A stretch of 64,000 nucleotides of DNA from Hypanus sabinus (Eukaryota). The position numbers and the translations under genes were made by a program. Shown here piece by piece: positions 50,445-63,170 of this stretch. The notes beneath the pieces are model-generated. The model made no database searches, had not been told where the DNA came from, and was given only the letters and a program-made list of their open reading frames with translations. The first letter of the stretch is position 1, and each line of letters opens with the position of its first letter. The stretch spans positions 53,816,001-53,880,000 of the forward strand of contig NC_082713.1 of NCBI RefSeq assembly GCF_030144855.1. Direction: 5' to 3'.

Positions 50445-51888
50445 TCCCTGTGCCGAAAAAGTCTTCAGTGTCCTGCCTAAATGACTCCATCCCGTTGCTC
50501 TTACATCCATCATCATGAAGTGTTTTGAGAGGCTCGTCATGAGGCATATCAAGACCCTGCTACCCCCCTCACTGGACCCCCTGCAGTTTGTGTACCATCC
50601 CAATCGCTCAACAGATGACGCCATTGCCACCACCCTCCACCTGGACCTAACCCACCTGGACAAAAAAGGCACATACATTCGGATGCTGTTCATAGACTTC
50701 AGTTCAGCATTCAACACAATCATCCCTCAGAAACTGTTTGGAAAGCTGAGCCTACTGGGCCTGAACACCTCCCTCTGCAACTGGATACTAGACTTCCTGA
50801 CTGGGAGACCTCAGTCAGTCCGGATCAGGAGCAGCATCTCCAACACCATCACACTGAGCACGAGGGCTCCCCAGGGTTGCGTGCTCAGTCCATTGCTGTT
50901 CATTCTGCTGACCCATGACTGTGCTGCAACACACAGCTTGAACCATATCATCAAGTTCACCGATGACACGACCGTGGTGGGTCTCATCAGCAAAAACAAT
51001 GAGTCAGCTTACAGAGAGGAGGCTAACAGACTGGTGCAGAGCCAACAACTTGTCTCTTAATGTGAACAAGACAAAAGAGATGGTTGTTGACTTCAGGAGG
51101 GCACAAAGCGACCACTCCCCGCTGAACATCGATGGCTCCTCGGTAGAGATCATAAAGAGCACCAAATTTCTTGGTGTTCACCTGACGGAGAATCTCACCT
51201 GGTCCCTCAACACCAGCTCCATAGCAAAGAAAGCCCAGCAGCATCTCTACTTTCTGCGCGAAGTCTGAGGAAAGTCTATCTCCCCCTCCCGGATCCTCAT
51301 CACATTCTACAGGGGTTGTATTGAGAGCGTCCTGAGCAGCTGCATCACTGCTTGGTTCAGAAATTGCACCATCTCGGATCGCAAGACCCTGCAGCGGATA
51401 GTGAGATCAGCTGAGAAGATCATCGGGGTCTCTCTTCCCGCCATCACGGACATTTACACTAAACGCTGCATCCGCAATGGAAACAGCATTATGAAGGACC
51501 CACGCACCTCTCATACAAACTCTTCTCCCTCCTGCCATCTGGGAAAAGGCTCCAAAGCATTCCGGCTCTCACGGCCAGACAATTTAACAGTTTCTTCCCC
51601 CAAACTATCAGACTCCTCAATACCCGAAGCCTGGACTGACACCTTACTGCCCTATTGTCCTGTTTATTATTTATTGTAATGCCTGCAATGTTTTTGTGCA
51701 CTTTATGCAGTCCTGGGTAGGTCTGTAGCCTCGTATAGCTTTCTCTGTGTTGTTTTTTTTAAGTAGTTTATTCTAGTTTTTGTACTGTGTCATGTAACAC
51801 CATGGTCCTGAAAAATGTTATATCATTTTTACTATGTACTGTACCAGCAGTTATGGTGGAAATGACAATAAAAGTGACTTGACTTGAC
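50445..51888 (+). mobile_element. Rex1/Babar LINE, 5'-truncated, frameshifted RT
   Basis: [52 protein letters not shown]; terminus aataaaagtgacttgacttgac. Confidence 0.92.
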
Positions 51889-52084
51889 ATTCCAACCATT
51901 TCAATTAATCTAATTCACATATCTGTATCCCTACTTCTTACCTCAAGTAATTGAGTGGGAATCAAGCATAGGAACATTGTTAATTTTTCCTCTCCTTAGA
52001 CTTGGATTATCAAAGCTCCATTTTTCATACCTTTCCCCACCAACATCTTTTTGCAATACAAAATGAAAGAATAAAATCAAAGTT

Positions 52085-52465
52085 GAAACACCATCATCAT
52101 AATTATGTGCCGTGGCATTTGACATCATCATTACGTGCTGTGTCGTATGACATGCACAGTCATGAACGTGGCAATTTTTTCTAAAGAAGTGGTTTGCCAT
52201 TGCCTTCTTCTGGGCAGTGTCTTTACAAGTCTGGTGATCCCAGCTAGTTTCTATACTCTTCAGAGATTATCTGCCTGGCGTCAGTGGTCACATAACCAGG
52301 ACCTGTGATATGCACTAGCTACTTGTACTACAATCCACCACCTGCTCCCATGGCTTCACATGACCTTAGTCAGGGGGCTGAGGAGGTGCTGCACCTTGCC
52401 CAACGGTGACCTGCAGGATAGAGGAGGGAAGGAGCATCATACACCTATCTCCACCCTACCACCCA
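52085..52465 (-). mobile_element. SINE-like repeat (family of 8335-8712)
   Basis: Shared blocks gtggtttgccattgccttcttctgggcagtgtctttac and caccttgccc; (cat)n tail. Confidence 0.75.
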
Positions 52466-52846
52466 AAAAGTTTAATGCACATTACAAAAGCTTATAGAAT
52501 TTAGCTACTGATTTTTTTGCTATATTTTAATGTTTTCACTACAGTTTCTAGATGAAGATGTATGCTTCCACCAAAATAATTTATTGTAGGAGCTTGTTTC
52601 AAGGAACTGTGAGAGCTGGGGTTGAAGCTGGATTGTGCATCAACTTCCCCAATGCGTTTCTATTATTTTGTCATCAATAGACTTACTGTAATAGTGCCTG
52701 GCATCTTCTGTTCATTTATTCCCCAAAGACTTTCTTGAGGGATAAAATTTCTCATTTTTAGTCTACGTTTCAAAGAAAAACTTTTGATGTAGTCTTTCAT
52801 CTGTATTCTATTATAAATTTATGTCTTAGAAATTATCCTTCAATGG

Positions 52847-52927
52847 TAGGGAGTTCCCAACCTGGGTTCCAAGGACCCCTCAGTTACTGCTAGGACTCCA
52901 TGGCATTAAAAATGTTGGGAACCCCTG
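52847..52927. mobile_element. 81-bp hAT-type MITE
   Basis: TIRs tagggagttcccaac / gttgggaacccctg; flanks ttcaatgg and ttcaaagc (8 bp, 6/8 match) fit a decayed hAT TSD. Confidence 0.7.
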
Positions 52928-53914
52928 TTCAAAGCAGTTATTTGTCGTTCTGTGGGTGTACCGCAAAGGGAATTTTAAATGCAAAGAAATAGCTCTCTGT
53001 GGCTTTGTATCTCTTTGCTTATTTCACTCAAACTTAGGCAAACCAACTCAATATATCAAGTAGTTTCAAACAACATTATATCTATTTCAGTTTTTGCTGT
53101 TTTTTTGTGCAAGCTTAAAAGAAACATCCTGTTATTTGGAATAGGGCCCCACCTAAAATACTGGGCACAGCCCCACATCAAATTATTCACTGGGGAGTTC
53201 CAACAACTGCAGGCAATTACTGGCCTTTGAACAGTTTCTAAAAACTATATTTTGTTCAATAGGGCCTCGCCAAAGCTTTTTAAAATTGCTTTTTTCAGTT
53301 TACTAAGAAACTGACAAAGATAAGTAGTGGAAGGAATTGAGGCTAGGTTAGATCAGAAATAATCCCATTGAGCGATGCATCAGGTTTGTGTGTGTGTGAT
53401 GTTTTGCTGCATATTATGTCCAAGTAGTCCTCAAGCTAGCATGATTCATCTCTACAGCTGGTGACAGCTTTTTTTTAAGCTTCGGGCAGCTAATAGTCAT
53501 CTATTCTTTGCAAAGAGGTTTGCTTCTTCAGATTGTACACAGGAGCAAATTCCTTACAAGGGGCCATTCTTCCAAATAGTTCTCACTAGTTCTCCCCTCG
53601 GTGACAGGTTCTTGTTCTCTAGCAAAGAACTTCAGACATAGAATGGTACAGCACACCATATGCCCTTCTCCCATGACCTATAAAAACCTACCCCATGAAC
53701 AATCTAACTCTTTCCTGCTAACCATCCATTTTCATACATCCATAAAATGTACCTGTTGTATCATCCTTCACCACCACTCCCCGCAGTGTGTTCCAGGCAT
53801 CCACACTTACTGTGTTCAAAATCTACCTCTGACATCTCCCTGAAGCTTGATTCTGATATAGACAGGATGTTGACGATGATAAAAAATAAAATCGGAGATA
53901 ATTTCTATCTGTAA

Positions 53915-54250
53915 TCAGTGTGGTGGGGCGGAGATACATCGGCGCTCCTTCACCCTGCTAGCCTGTAGGTCACCCTTGGGCAAGGTGTAGCACCCACTTA
54001 GCCTCTGTGATCATGGGAGCAGGTGGTGGATGTTTGTATGAGTGTGTATCACAAGTCCTGGTTATGCAACCACTCACATCAAGCAATCCCTGAAGAGTAT
54101 TGATAATGGCTGGGGTCACCAGTCTGGTAAAGACACCGCCCAGAAGAAGTCAATGGCAAACCACTTCTGTAAAAACATTTCCCAAGAACAGTCATGGTTA
54201 AGACCATAATTGCCCATGTCATGCAATACAGCACATAATGATGATGATAA
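53915..54250 (+). mobile_element. SINE-like repeat (family of 8335-8712)
   Basis: gaagagtattgataatggctggggtcacc...caatggcaaaccacttctg, with a (tga)n tail. Confidence 0.75.
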
Positions 54251-56574
54251 ACTCCGCAAGGGATGGGCAAGTTTAACACAGATTTAACACATGCTCTTAA
54301 CTGCTGTATAAGGCAGCAGTTCACTACTGTACAGGTGGCTACAGGCATACTTTGCCTCTGAGCGGCACAATTTAGAGCTCAGTTTGCTTGATGCATTTTG
54401 GGGTGAAACATTGAGGAACAGCTGTTATGCACAAACGTTCCAGCATTTAGTGTGTGTTGCTCAAGATTTCCAGCATCTGCAGAATCTCTTGTGGCTCACT
54501 GGTGCTCTTATTTGCAGTTGGCTTCAGCTGCTATTAGTGGAAGTAGATTTTCATCTTCTGTAAGTTACTTATCAGTCTTGTAAGTGGCAGACAGATTTTA
54601 GTTCTTAAAAGCAATTGTATTTTAAAATTATACCATCACCGTGAGAAGTTAACTTAAAACTAAATATATTACTTTCTTCACAAGCTGCCTGATCTGCTAA
54701 GTGCTTGGGTATCTCTGGAACTCACTGTTTATGAAGAGCAGTCAACAAGTATCTAGACAAACATCTAAAGAGCCAAACCCTGCAGGGTTGCAGACCCAGA
54801 GCTGGGAAGTGGGATTGATCTAATATCCATTGTTTGCTAGCTTGGCCACATAACCTCTTTCCATGTGCAATTTTCTATGATTTGACAATAAATAACAAGT
54901 CCTTATTAATTTGCAGCTCTACGGTATCTCTACTAATTTGCAACTCTACTAATCCCTCATTCTATCACAAATGTAGGTACTTGCAAAGGGTTTTGTGGGT
55001 TCTACTACCAAAATGTGTCATTTTGTATTTATCTGCATTGAAAACTTTACCAAATGCACATTCATTCCTTAGCTTTAGTAGAGGCTTCTTGTATCTTATT
55101 GCTATAAATTCCACCACTAGGAATTTAATCATTAAAAGACCCCCACCTCCCATTATGCATTACGTTGTACTGCTGCTGCAAAACAACAAATTTCATGATG
55201 TGTGTCAGTGATAATAAACCTGATTCTGATATTATCTAAAACTTAATTTAGCATGCAGTGCAATTTTTTAAACTGAGTTTCCAAACTAATCTTTGATGTA
55301 AATAATGGTGAAGGGTAGATTGTTGTGAAAAACAACATTCTACCTTTCATCAATCTGAGGAAAAGCCTTTAATTTATCAGTATTTTACTGGGGGCAGGGG
55401 GTGGTTTGTGGGTGGGGAGTAGTTTTGTTCAGGAGTCACATGAAGTGGAATTTTGATTCTTGAGTGCAATTTATTTTCTATTTGGCTTCCTACCTCAAAG
55501 CCAACAACACCAATTAACTTGGCCGATTCTGGGCCAGGAATACATTACAGCTGGCCATAAACCTGGAGCAGAGAGGGAGAGTACACTAGGTCACCCTAGA
55601 TCTTGCAAAGGATTAACTGCAGTTGATGAGGAGCTCTAATAGGCAGGTGCAGAAATGACGCTTGGTTGCACAGAGAAGATTTGGCTACTTTGAAGACCAG
55701 ATTCAGGAAGATCTGATCATGGCGGGTGGAGATAGTTTTTAAGAATGGTAAGGAAATCAGTAAGGAAGGATTACCCTTTTTGAACTGAGGTAGGTGCTCT
55801 TGCTTCTTAAGCCACAAGTGGTACTCAAGGAATAAGACTGTTTTGCCTCCCTTTAGTCTCTGATGCACCCAATCTGCAGTATTTGCTGTGTTTAAAGTCA
55901 ATAAATTAGATTCTTCTTCCTGCCCACTGCCTCCTACCGCTTCCCGCTCTGCCTCATAGCCCTCTGGTTTTGAGTTCCCTTTCTGATCTTTCTCTGACAC
56001 CGGCAGCAGTCTGCAATATGCAGTAAACGACAATGAAGTGTTCATGGCAGTCTGTATGTACAGTACAGCCCCAGACTAATATGGACAATAAAATACCAGC
56101 TTGACAAGAGCTGTAGTTTGTTCCACTCTAACCCTGTAACTTCCATGAAGAACGTTGTTTGGAGTGTGGTGCCAGTGGAGTCACTATTAAGGATGCTATG
56201 GAATGAACACCTCAGAAAGAGACAGTCCTTGTTAATTTAAGCAAATGCTTTTGGCTTTGGACGGTGTCTGAGCATCCTGAAAGTTAGTTCAGAAGCTGCT
56301 TTGTTAAGAATTCCTTTGGCAGCAGGATATTATTTTAAAGCAACAAACTAGCACAATAAGCTCCTAATTGTATGATGATCACAGTTTATAGACGTGAGCT
56401 GCAGTTTATGTTGTTTTGGGTGGAAATGTGCACAACTAGTGATATCATAATGTTTAGGCTGGGTGACACTTTTACTAAATGGTGCAATTTTACCCAAAAG
56501 CCATCATGGGACAAAATCAAATTCTATGCAGATAGCATCTAAAAAGAGGCTTTGTACTTTCCAGGCTTCCTGGT

Positions 56575-57640
56575 TGATCAGAATCAGATTTAATATCACG
56601 GCATATGCAGTGAAATATGTTGCTTTGCAGCATCAGTATATTGCAACACATAATATTTTTTAAAAAAATATAAATTGCAATAAGAAATATATTTTTAAGA
56701 ATTAAATTAAATAAATAGTGCAAAAAGAGAGTAAAAAAAAAGTCTGCTGGCAATGGGGAAGAAGCTGTTCCTTAAAGGCTGAGTGAGTCCTCAGTCCTCA
56801 GTGTACCTTCTCCTTGATGGTAGCAATGAGAAGAGGGCATGTTTTTTTGTGATGGGAGTGCTTAGTGACGAATGCAGCTTTTTGAGGCATCACTTTTTTG
56901 AAGATGTCCTTGATGCTGGGGAGACTTGTGCCTACGATGAGGGTGGCTGAATTTGCAACTTTCTGCAGTTTTTTCTGATCCTGTGCAGAGGCCCCTCCGT
57001 ACCTGACTGTGAGTGATGCAACCAGTTAGAATGCTATACAATCTCTCCTTACATTTGTAGAAATTTGCAGGAGTCTTTTAGTAAAATACCAAGTCCCCTC
57101 AAACTCCTAATGAAATATAGCCACTGCCATGCCGTTTCCATAATTAGATCAAAATGTTGGGCCCAAGATAGATCTTCAGAGATGTTGACACCCTTCCCAC
57201 TGCTGATCTCTCGATGAGGACTGCTGTGTGTTCCCTTGTCTTCCCCTTCCTGTGTCCACAATCAATTTCTTAGTCTTATTGACTTTGAGTGCAAGGTTGT
57301 TGTAGTGACACCACTCGGCCAGCTGACCTATCTCATTCCCATACGCCTCATTGTCACCATTTGAAATTCTGCCAACAATAGTTCTGGATTCAGCAAATTT
57401 ATTAATGGCGTTTGAACTATGCCTAACCACACAGTCAAGGCATAGAGAGAGTACAACAGTGAGCAAAAAACGCATCCTTGAGGTACGCTAGTGCTGATTG
57501 TCAGTGAGGAGGAGAAGTTATTTCCATTCTACATTGACTGTGGTATCCCAATGAGAAGCTTAAAATCCAGTGGCAGAAGGAGGTACAGAGGCCAGGCTTT
57601 GGAGCTTGTTGATTAATATTGTGGATGTTGATGGTATTGA
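56575..57640 (-). mobile_element. Decayed Rex1/Babar-like LINE
   Basis: Minus-strand peptides NKFAE..TIVGRIS, WCHYNNLALKVNKTKKLIVD and LSWAQH...LYFIRSLR. Confidence 0.85.
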
Positions 57641-57765
57641 ATGCTTCGAGACATGCAACACAACACCAACCACTGTCGATAAAAGCAGCAGACTTGAGAA
57701 GGGCTCTGCAGAGAGTTATCCCCATAAGGAGGCCAGGGCAGGCAACACCCAGGCCGAGTACTCAG

Positions 57766-60700
57766 TATTGTGCGTTTAACATATCAGTAATATTTGAGTA
57801 ATATTGTAAATATATTGTTTCATTAAGCAAACATTGTTGTTTGCGTAATGCGTTGTGGGTTATATATAAGTGTACGTGAATTGCATATGTCATGATGCTA
57901 CTTACCCCATGATACATGCACAGCTTGCTTAAAGGGAAAAAACAAAGTCTGACTCAGATTCTCGGCTCCCTTACTTCATTTCAATTAGATCTTACGATTT
58001 GGAGTTACAAACATAACAGTGGTGCTATGGAATGAAATTCACTGGTTCATAAACAGTGAGCACTGGGTGATAATAATCATAAAAACGAGCATAAATGGCT
58101 GGTTACTTCAGAAAGATTGATTTGCTTGATCAGGTAATTGGCATATGTATACTGAGCAATATGCATGATTGAGCGATACTTTAAAGCAAATGGAATAGCC
58201 GATGAGATACAAGCACCAGTTTTTCTAAGGTGTATTGGATGGAAAAGCAGTTTGCTTTGGAGTTTGATTGATCCAACCAATCCAGTCGAAATGAGCTTTA
58301 CTGGTATCATGAAAGTTATGTAGGAACATTTAGAACCAAAATCATTGTTGACTGTGGAATGCTTTAGGTTTCATAAGTGAAAGGAAAAGGAAGGGGTATC
58401 CATTAAAGCGTACGTGGCTGAAGTGAAGTGATTATCTGAGCATTGTCAGTTCAGATGAGGGCTTAATGGTGCATTGAGAGATAGTTCCGTTTGTGGAACC
58501 TCACAAGAAAACATTCAAAAATGACTCTTAACTGAAGCACAACTTACATTTAGAAGAGAAGTGGAAATTGTATTAACGGAAATAGCAGCGAGGGACAGAA
58601 TTGAGTTGCGACCAGGAATGAAAGTGAGTGTGAACAAAATTGCAATGTCTAAACAGAAACCAGCCTGGTCGAACAAATAGCACTACTGATGTGGCAGGGG
58701 CTCACGTGCACTACACCAATGCAGATATAAAGGCAAAACTTGCAGAAATAGGAAACATATAAAGAGCATGTTGGGCAAACTAAAATAAATGGACTGCACA
58801 GGGAAGAGAGTAGACTAAAAAGTCAAATTGCAATATTGATCTAAAAACTCCAAAATCTGGGCCTCTGCATTCCCTCTGCAACTGGATCCTTGACTTCCAA
58901 ACTGAAAGACTACAATCTGTGCGGATTGAAAAGAACATCTTCACCTTGCTGACAATTAGAACTAGCCCATCTCAGGGATGTGTGTTTTGCCCACTGCCCT
59001 ACTCTCTCTAAACCCATGACTGTGTGGCTATGCACAGCTCAAATGTCATCTACAAATTTGCTGATGACTCAACTATTATTGGCCAAATTTCAGATGGTGA
59101 CTAGAGGGCATAGAACAGTGTGTATATCAGCTTGTTGAGTGGTTTCACACAACAACCTTGCACTCAGCATCAATAAGACCAAAGAACTGATTGTGAATTT
59201 CAGAAATGGGAAGACAAACAAACACTTAACAGTCCTCACAGAGGGACCAGAAGTGGAAAGAGTGAGCAATTTCAAATGCTGGATATCAGCATCCCTGAGG
59301 ATCTGTTCTGGGCCCAGCATATCAATGCAGCTATAACGAAGGCATAACAGCAGTTATGCTTCATTAGGAGTTTGAGGAGATTTGGTATATCACCAAAGAC
59401 ACTTACAAATTTCTACAGATATACCCATGGAGAGCATTCTGACTGGCTGCATCACCACCTGTATGGGAAGGTATGTCACTGCACAGGATCAAAATAAGCT
59501 GCAGTCATTTGTCAACTCAGTCAGCTCCATCATGGGATACATCCTCTGTTGTATCCAAGACATCTTCAAGCAGTGATGCCTCAAAATGGCAGCATCCGTC
59601 ATTAAGTACATCGCCCAGGACATGTCCTGCTCTCATTGCTACCATCAGGAAGGAGGTACAGGAGACTGAAGGCACACACTCAATGATTCAGGAACATATT
59701 CTTCCCCTCTGCTATCAGATTTTTGAATGGACATCGAACCTGTGAACACTACGTCACTTCTTTATTTTTATTTTTGCACTACTTATTTAAGTATTTTATA
59801 TATATATATTACAGTAATTCATGGTTTTTCTCTAATATTAGGTGTTGCAATGTACTGCTGCTACAAAGGCAACTTATTTCACAACATATGTCAGTGATAT
59901 TAAACCTGATTCTGACACTGAATCTGATTCAGTTTCAAAAAGAGCACTAATCAGCTCTCATCAGTTGATGAGAGTGACACCGGAATGAGTAGCCTTGAGA
60001 TTTATAATGTGAAATCTAATATTAGACAAGCAACATGGCCTACACCGGAGAGTGAACGTCAAATTAATCAAAATGGAGTTGGACACTGGCTCAGCTGTTT
60101 CGATTATTCCACAAAATGAGTTTGAGCGGCATTTCTAAGATACTGAACTGAAGCCTGAATATATCCAATTAAACACTTATACTGGAAATAAGATAACTCC
60201 TGTGGCAATGACATGTGTAACAGTGAAATACAACAACGATCAAGCCATGTATGTGGTAAAAATAGGAGGGCCAGCACTGTGGGGACGTGAGTGGCTGAGT
60301 TAACTACAATTTGATTGGAGATCCATTCACTATTTGCATGCCACATCCCCTCCAATAGAGCCAACTGAAAGCAAACTGAGAAAGCTACTGGATGATACCA
60401 CAGCAGCGTTCAAAAGTGGCACTGGAAAACACAAACATATCAAAGGTAAAGTAGTGTTAAATGAAAATGCCACAAGCAAGTTTTACAAATTCCATCCCGT
60501 TCCTTGTACTATCTGTGATAAAGTAGCTAGTGAGCTCGATGGCATGGAGGTGTAGGAATTCTTCCCAAGGCTGAGTGGAGCCTATGGGCAATACCAGTGG
60601 TTCAAGTAGATAAAACGAATGATCTGTCAGGATCTGTTGTGGATTGAAGGTCACCATCAACTCAGTACCGAAAGTGGAACAATACCCTCTGCCCAGAATA

Positions 60701-61560
60701 GAGGATACCTTGGCAAACATTTCTGGAGGAAAACACTTCAGCAAAGTGAACTTGGCTGAGGCCTACGTACAGAGGGAGATGGAAGGAGAGTCCAATGTGT
60801 TTCTCACCGTAAAACTCGCAAAGGACTTTATTGTTATAATGGGCTTGTTTTTCAAGTAGCATCTGCACTTACACTCTGGCAGGAAACAATGGACCAGGAG
60901 ATGCAAGGCTGTCCAGGCACATTGTTTTACCTGGATGACATCATTGTTAGGATGACATAGAACATGTCCAAAATCTCAAGACAGTGATAAAAAAAAAGGT
61001 AGATCGTGGGCTCAGAGCACAATGCTAAAAGTGTGATCAACATACAGGTTGAATCCTACAACTTCCGTAGAGGAGGCACCAGAACCTGAGATCAGTTCAC
61101 AGTCAAAACCCTCCCCTGCCATGCAGTGTGTCCCCGCACCACCCCACTTGTCAGGAAAGATGTTATCCCACAAGTGTACTATATCCTCCACTGTGATTAA
61201 ATCTTCAGGCCTGAATGGCACAATTTAAAATTTACTATGCTGTGGATATCTATATGGTAGTTGTATTATATGGTGTACTATATTTGTAGTAGATTTATAT
61301 AAGTAGAGATGAATTCTATATTGAGATTAAGTTAAATATTTAATATTTGAGTAATATTGGAAAGATTAAACATGCTTTGTTGTTTACATAATGCATTGTG
61401 GGCTATATGTAAGAGAATGTGAATTGCATGCGTCATGATCCTCCATGTAATATGTACACACCTTGCTTAAACTAAAAAAAACAAAGTTAGGTTCATATTC
61501 TCAGCTCCCTTGTTTTCCTTTCAATTAGTTTTTATGTTTTGGTGTTACAAACTTGTAACA
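57766..61560 (+). mobile_element. Decayed Ty3/Gypsy LTR retrotransposon with 5-bp TSD
   Basis: TSD ctcag at 57761-57765 and 61561-61565; diverged LTRs 57766-58018 and ~61330-61560; gag from atggctggttac; protease MELDTGSAVSIIP (~60073); RT YPLPRIED and YLDDII. RNase H and integrase are deleted. Confidence 0.88.
58835..59931 (+). mobile_element. Rex1/Babar-like LINE fragment nested in the Gypsy element
   Basis: [38 protein letters not shown]; attaaacctgattctga tail. Confidence 0.88.
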
Positions 61561-62981
61561 CTCAGGGAGTGTGCACACCAACACACTGCTGTCTTCACAA
61601 AGATCTTCAACACTTCACTCATCCAGTCGGTGATATGCTTCAAATCAGCCTCCGTCATCACCGTACCAAAGAACTCTATACATTCAGAACAAAATGACTA
61701 CCACCCTTTAGCACTGATGGCAATCATTATGAAGTGCTTTGAACGGCTAGTGATGGCACATTGACTTGCTAATGTTCTAACCATTGTTGACAGAATTTCA
61801 GATTGTGATAAAGGGCATACATGGCTGAGATATACCAGTTAGTTGACTAGTGTCGCAGCAACAATCTTGCACTCAATGTCACCAAAATCAAAGAGCTGAT
61901 TGTAGACTTCAGAAAGGGTAAAACTAATCCTGCTAGAGGGATCACAAGTGAAGAGGCTGAGAAATTCAAAGTTCCTGGGTGTCAGTATCCCTGACAACCT
62001 AACCTGGTTGCAACATATTGATGTAACTACAAAGGAGAGAAGACAGCAGCTACATTTCATTAGAGTTTCAGAAGATATAGTTTGTCAACTAAAACACTGG
62101 AAAACTTCTACTAATGTACCATGCAGAACATTCTGACTGGCTGCATCACCATCTGGTATGGGGATACAGAACAGGATCGAAATAAGTTGCAATATTCTAA
62201 TATTACTCAATATTTAAAACTTATAAAATCAGTCAGCTCCATCATAGTCTCCACAGTATCCAAGACATCTTCAAGAAGTGGTGCCTTAGGAAGGCAGCGT
62301 CCATCATTAAGGATGCCCACTACCGAGGATATGCCCTCTACTCATTGTTACCATTGAGCAGAAGGTATAGAAGCCTGAAGGCACACACTCAGTGATTCAG
62401 GAACAGCTTCTTCCCCTCTGCCATCTGATTTCTGAATGGACATTGAACCTATGTACACTACCTCACTACTTCTTTATTCCTGTTTTCTTGCACTACTTAG
62501 TTTAACTTAACAATTTAATAGACATATGTATACTTAATGTCATTCAGCTTTTTCCCTCTATATTCATTTATCATGTAGTTCATTGTACTGCTGCCATACA
62601 GTTAACAATTTTCATGACATATGCTAGTGATAATAAACCTGATTCTGATTCTGAGATCAAAAACTCCATTCGCCCGTCAGTCTGAGCACCCTCACAGATG
62701 GGCAGCTGAAAGGGACAGGCACAAAAAGGTTCTTCATGCAAACTGTGGTGTATATTCAGAATGAGCTACCAGAAATAGTAAATATGTTTCCATTTCTGTG
62801 ATTCTTCATGCAAACAATCACATTGTGAGTATGCACATTCCAGCCAACTCAAGTTTCGTTATCGTATTTTTGTTTCAGTCTTGTTGAGTCTTGACTGAAG
62901 CACGCTTACCTTAATGCACATTCTGGAAAATAAGATTACAACTTAGATTGACATTGTAATGGAGCGATTATTAAATTAGTA

Positions 62982-63170
62982 ACACAGACAAAATGCTGGA
63001 GGAACTCAGCAGGCCAGGAAGCATCTATGGAAAAGAGTAAACAGTCGACCTGAGTCCTGATGAAGGGTCTTGGCCCAAAGTGTCAAATGTTTACTCTTTT
63101 CCATAAATGCTTCAGCATTCTGTATGTGTTGCTTTGGATTTCCAGCATCTACAGATGTTCTAGTCTTTGA
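62982..63170. mobile_element. Short inverted Penelope-derived element with hammerhead-like core and ~13-bp TSD
   Basis: Flanks tattaaattagta (62969-62981) and tattaatttagta (63171-63183); inverted arms around gagtcCTGATGAagggtcttggccc. Confidence 0.8.

Larger units (their letters stand above)
57645..62655 (+). mobile_element. Rex1/Babar-like LINE split by a Gypsy insertion (pieces ~57645-57765 and 61561-62655)
   Basis: The reading ...PGRVLR resumes after the Gypsy as LRECAHQ..AVFTKIFN...MKCFERLV; 3' tail aataaacctgattctgattctga. Confidence 0.8.

Noticed and set aside
55596-56045. 149-aa minus-strand ORF in non-repeat DNA
   Set aside because: I found no recognisable domain or convincing exon boundaries; it cannot be supported without homology or expression data.
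56575-57765. Twin-priming inversion of a single Rex1 element
   Set aside because: Both opposed pieces lead to their own 3' tails and cover overlapping parts of the element, so they are separate insertions.
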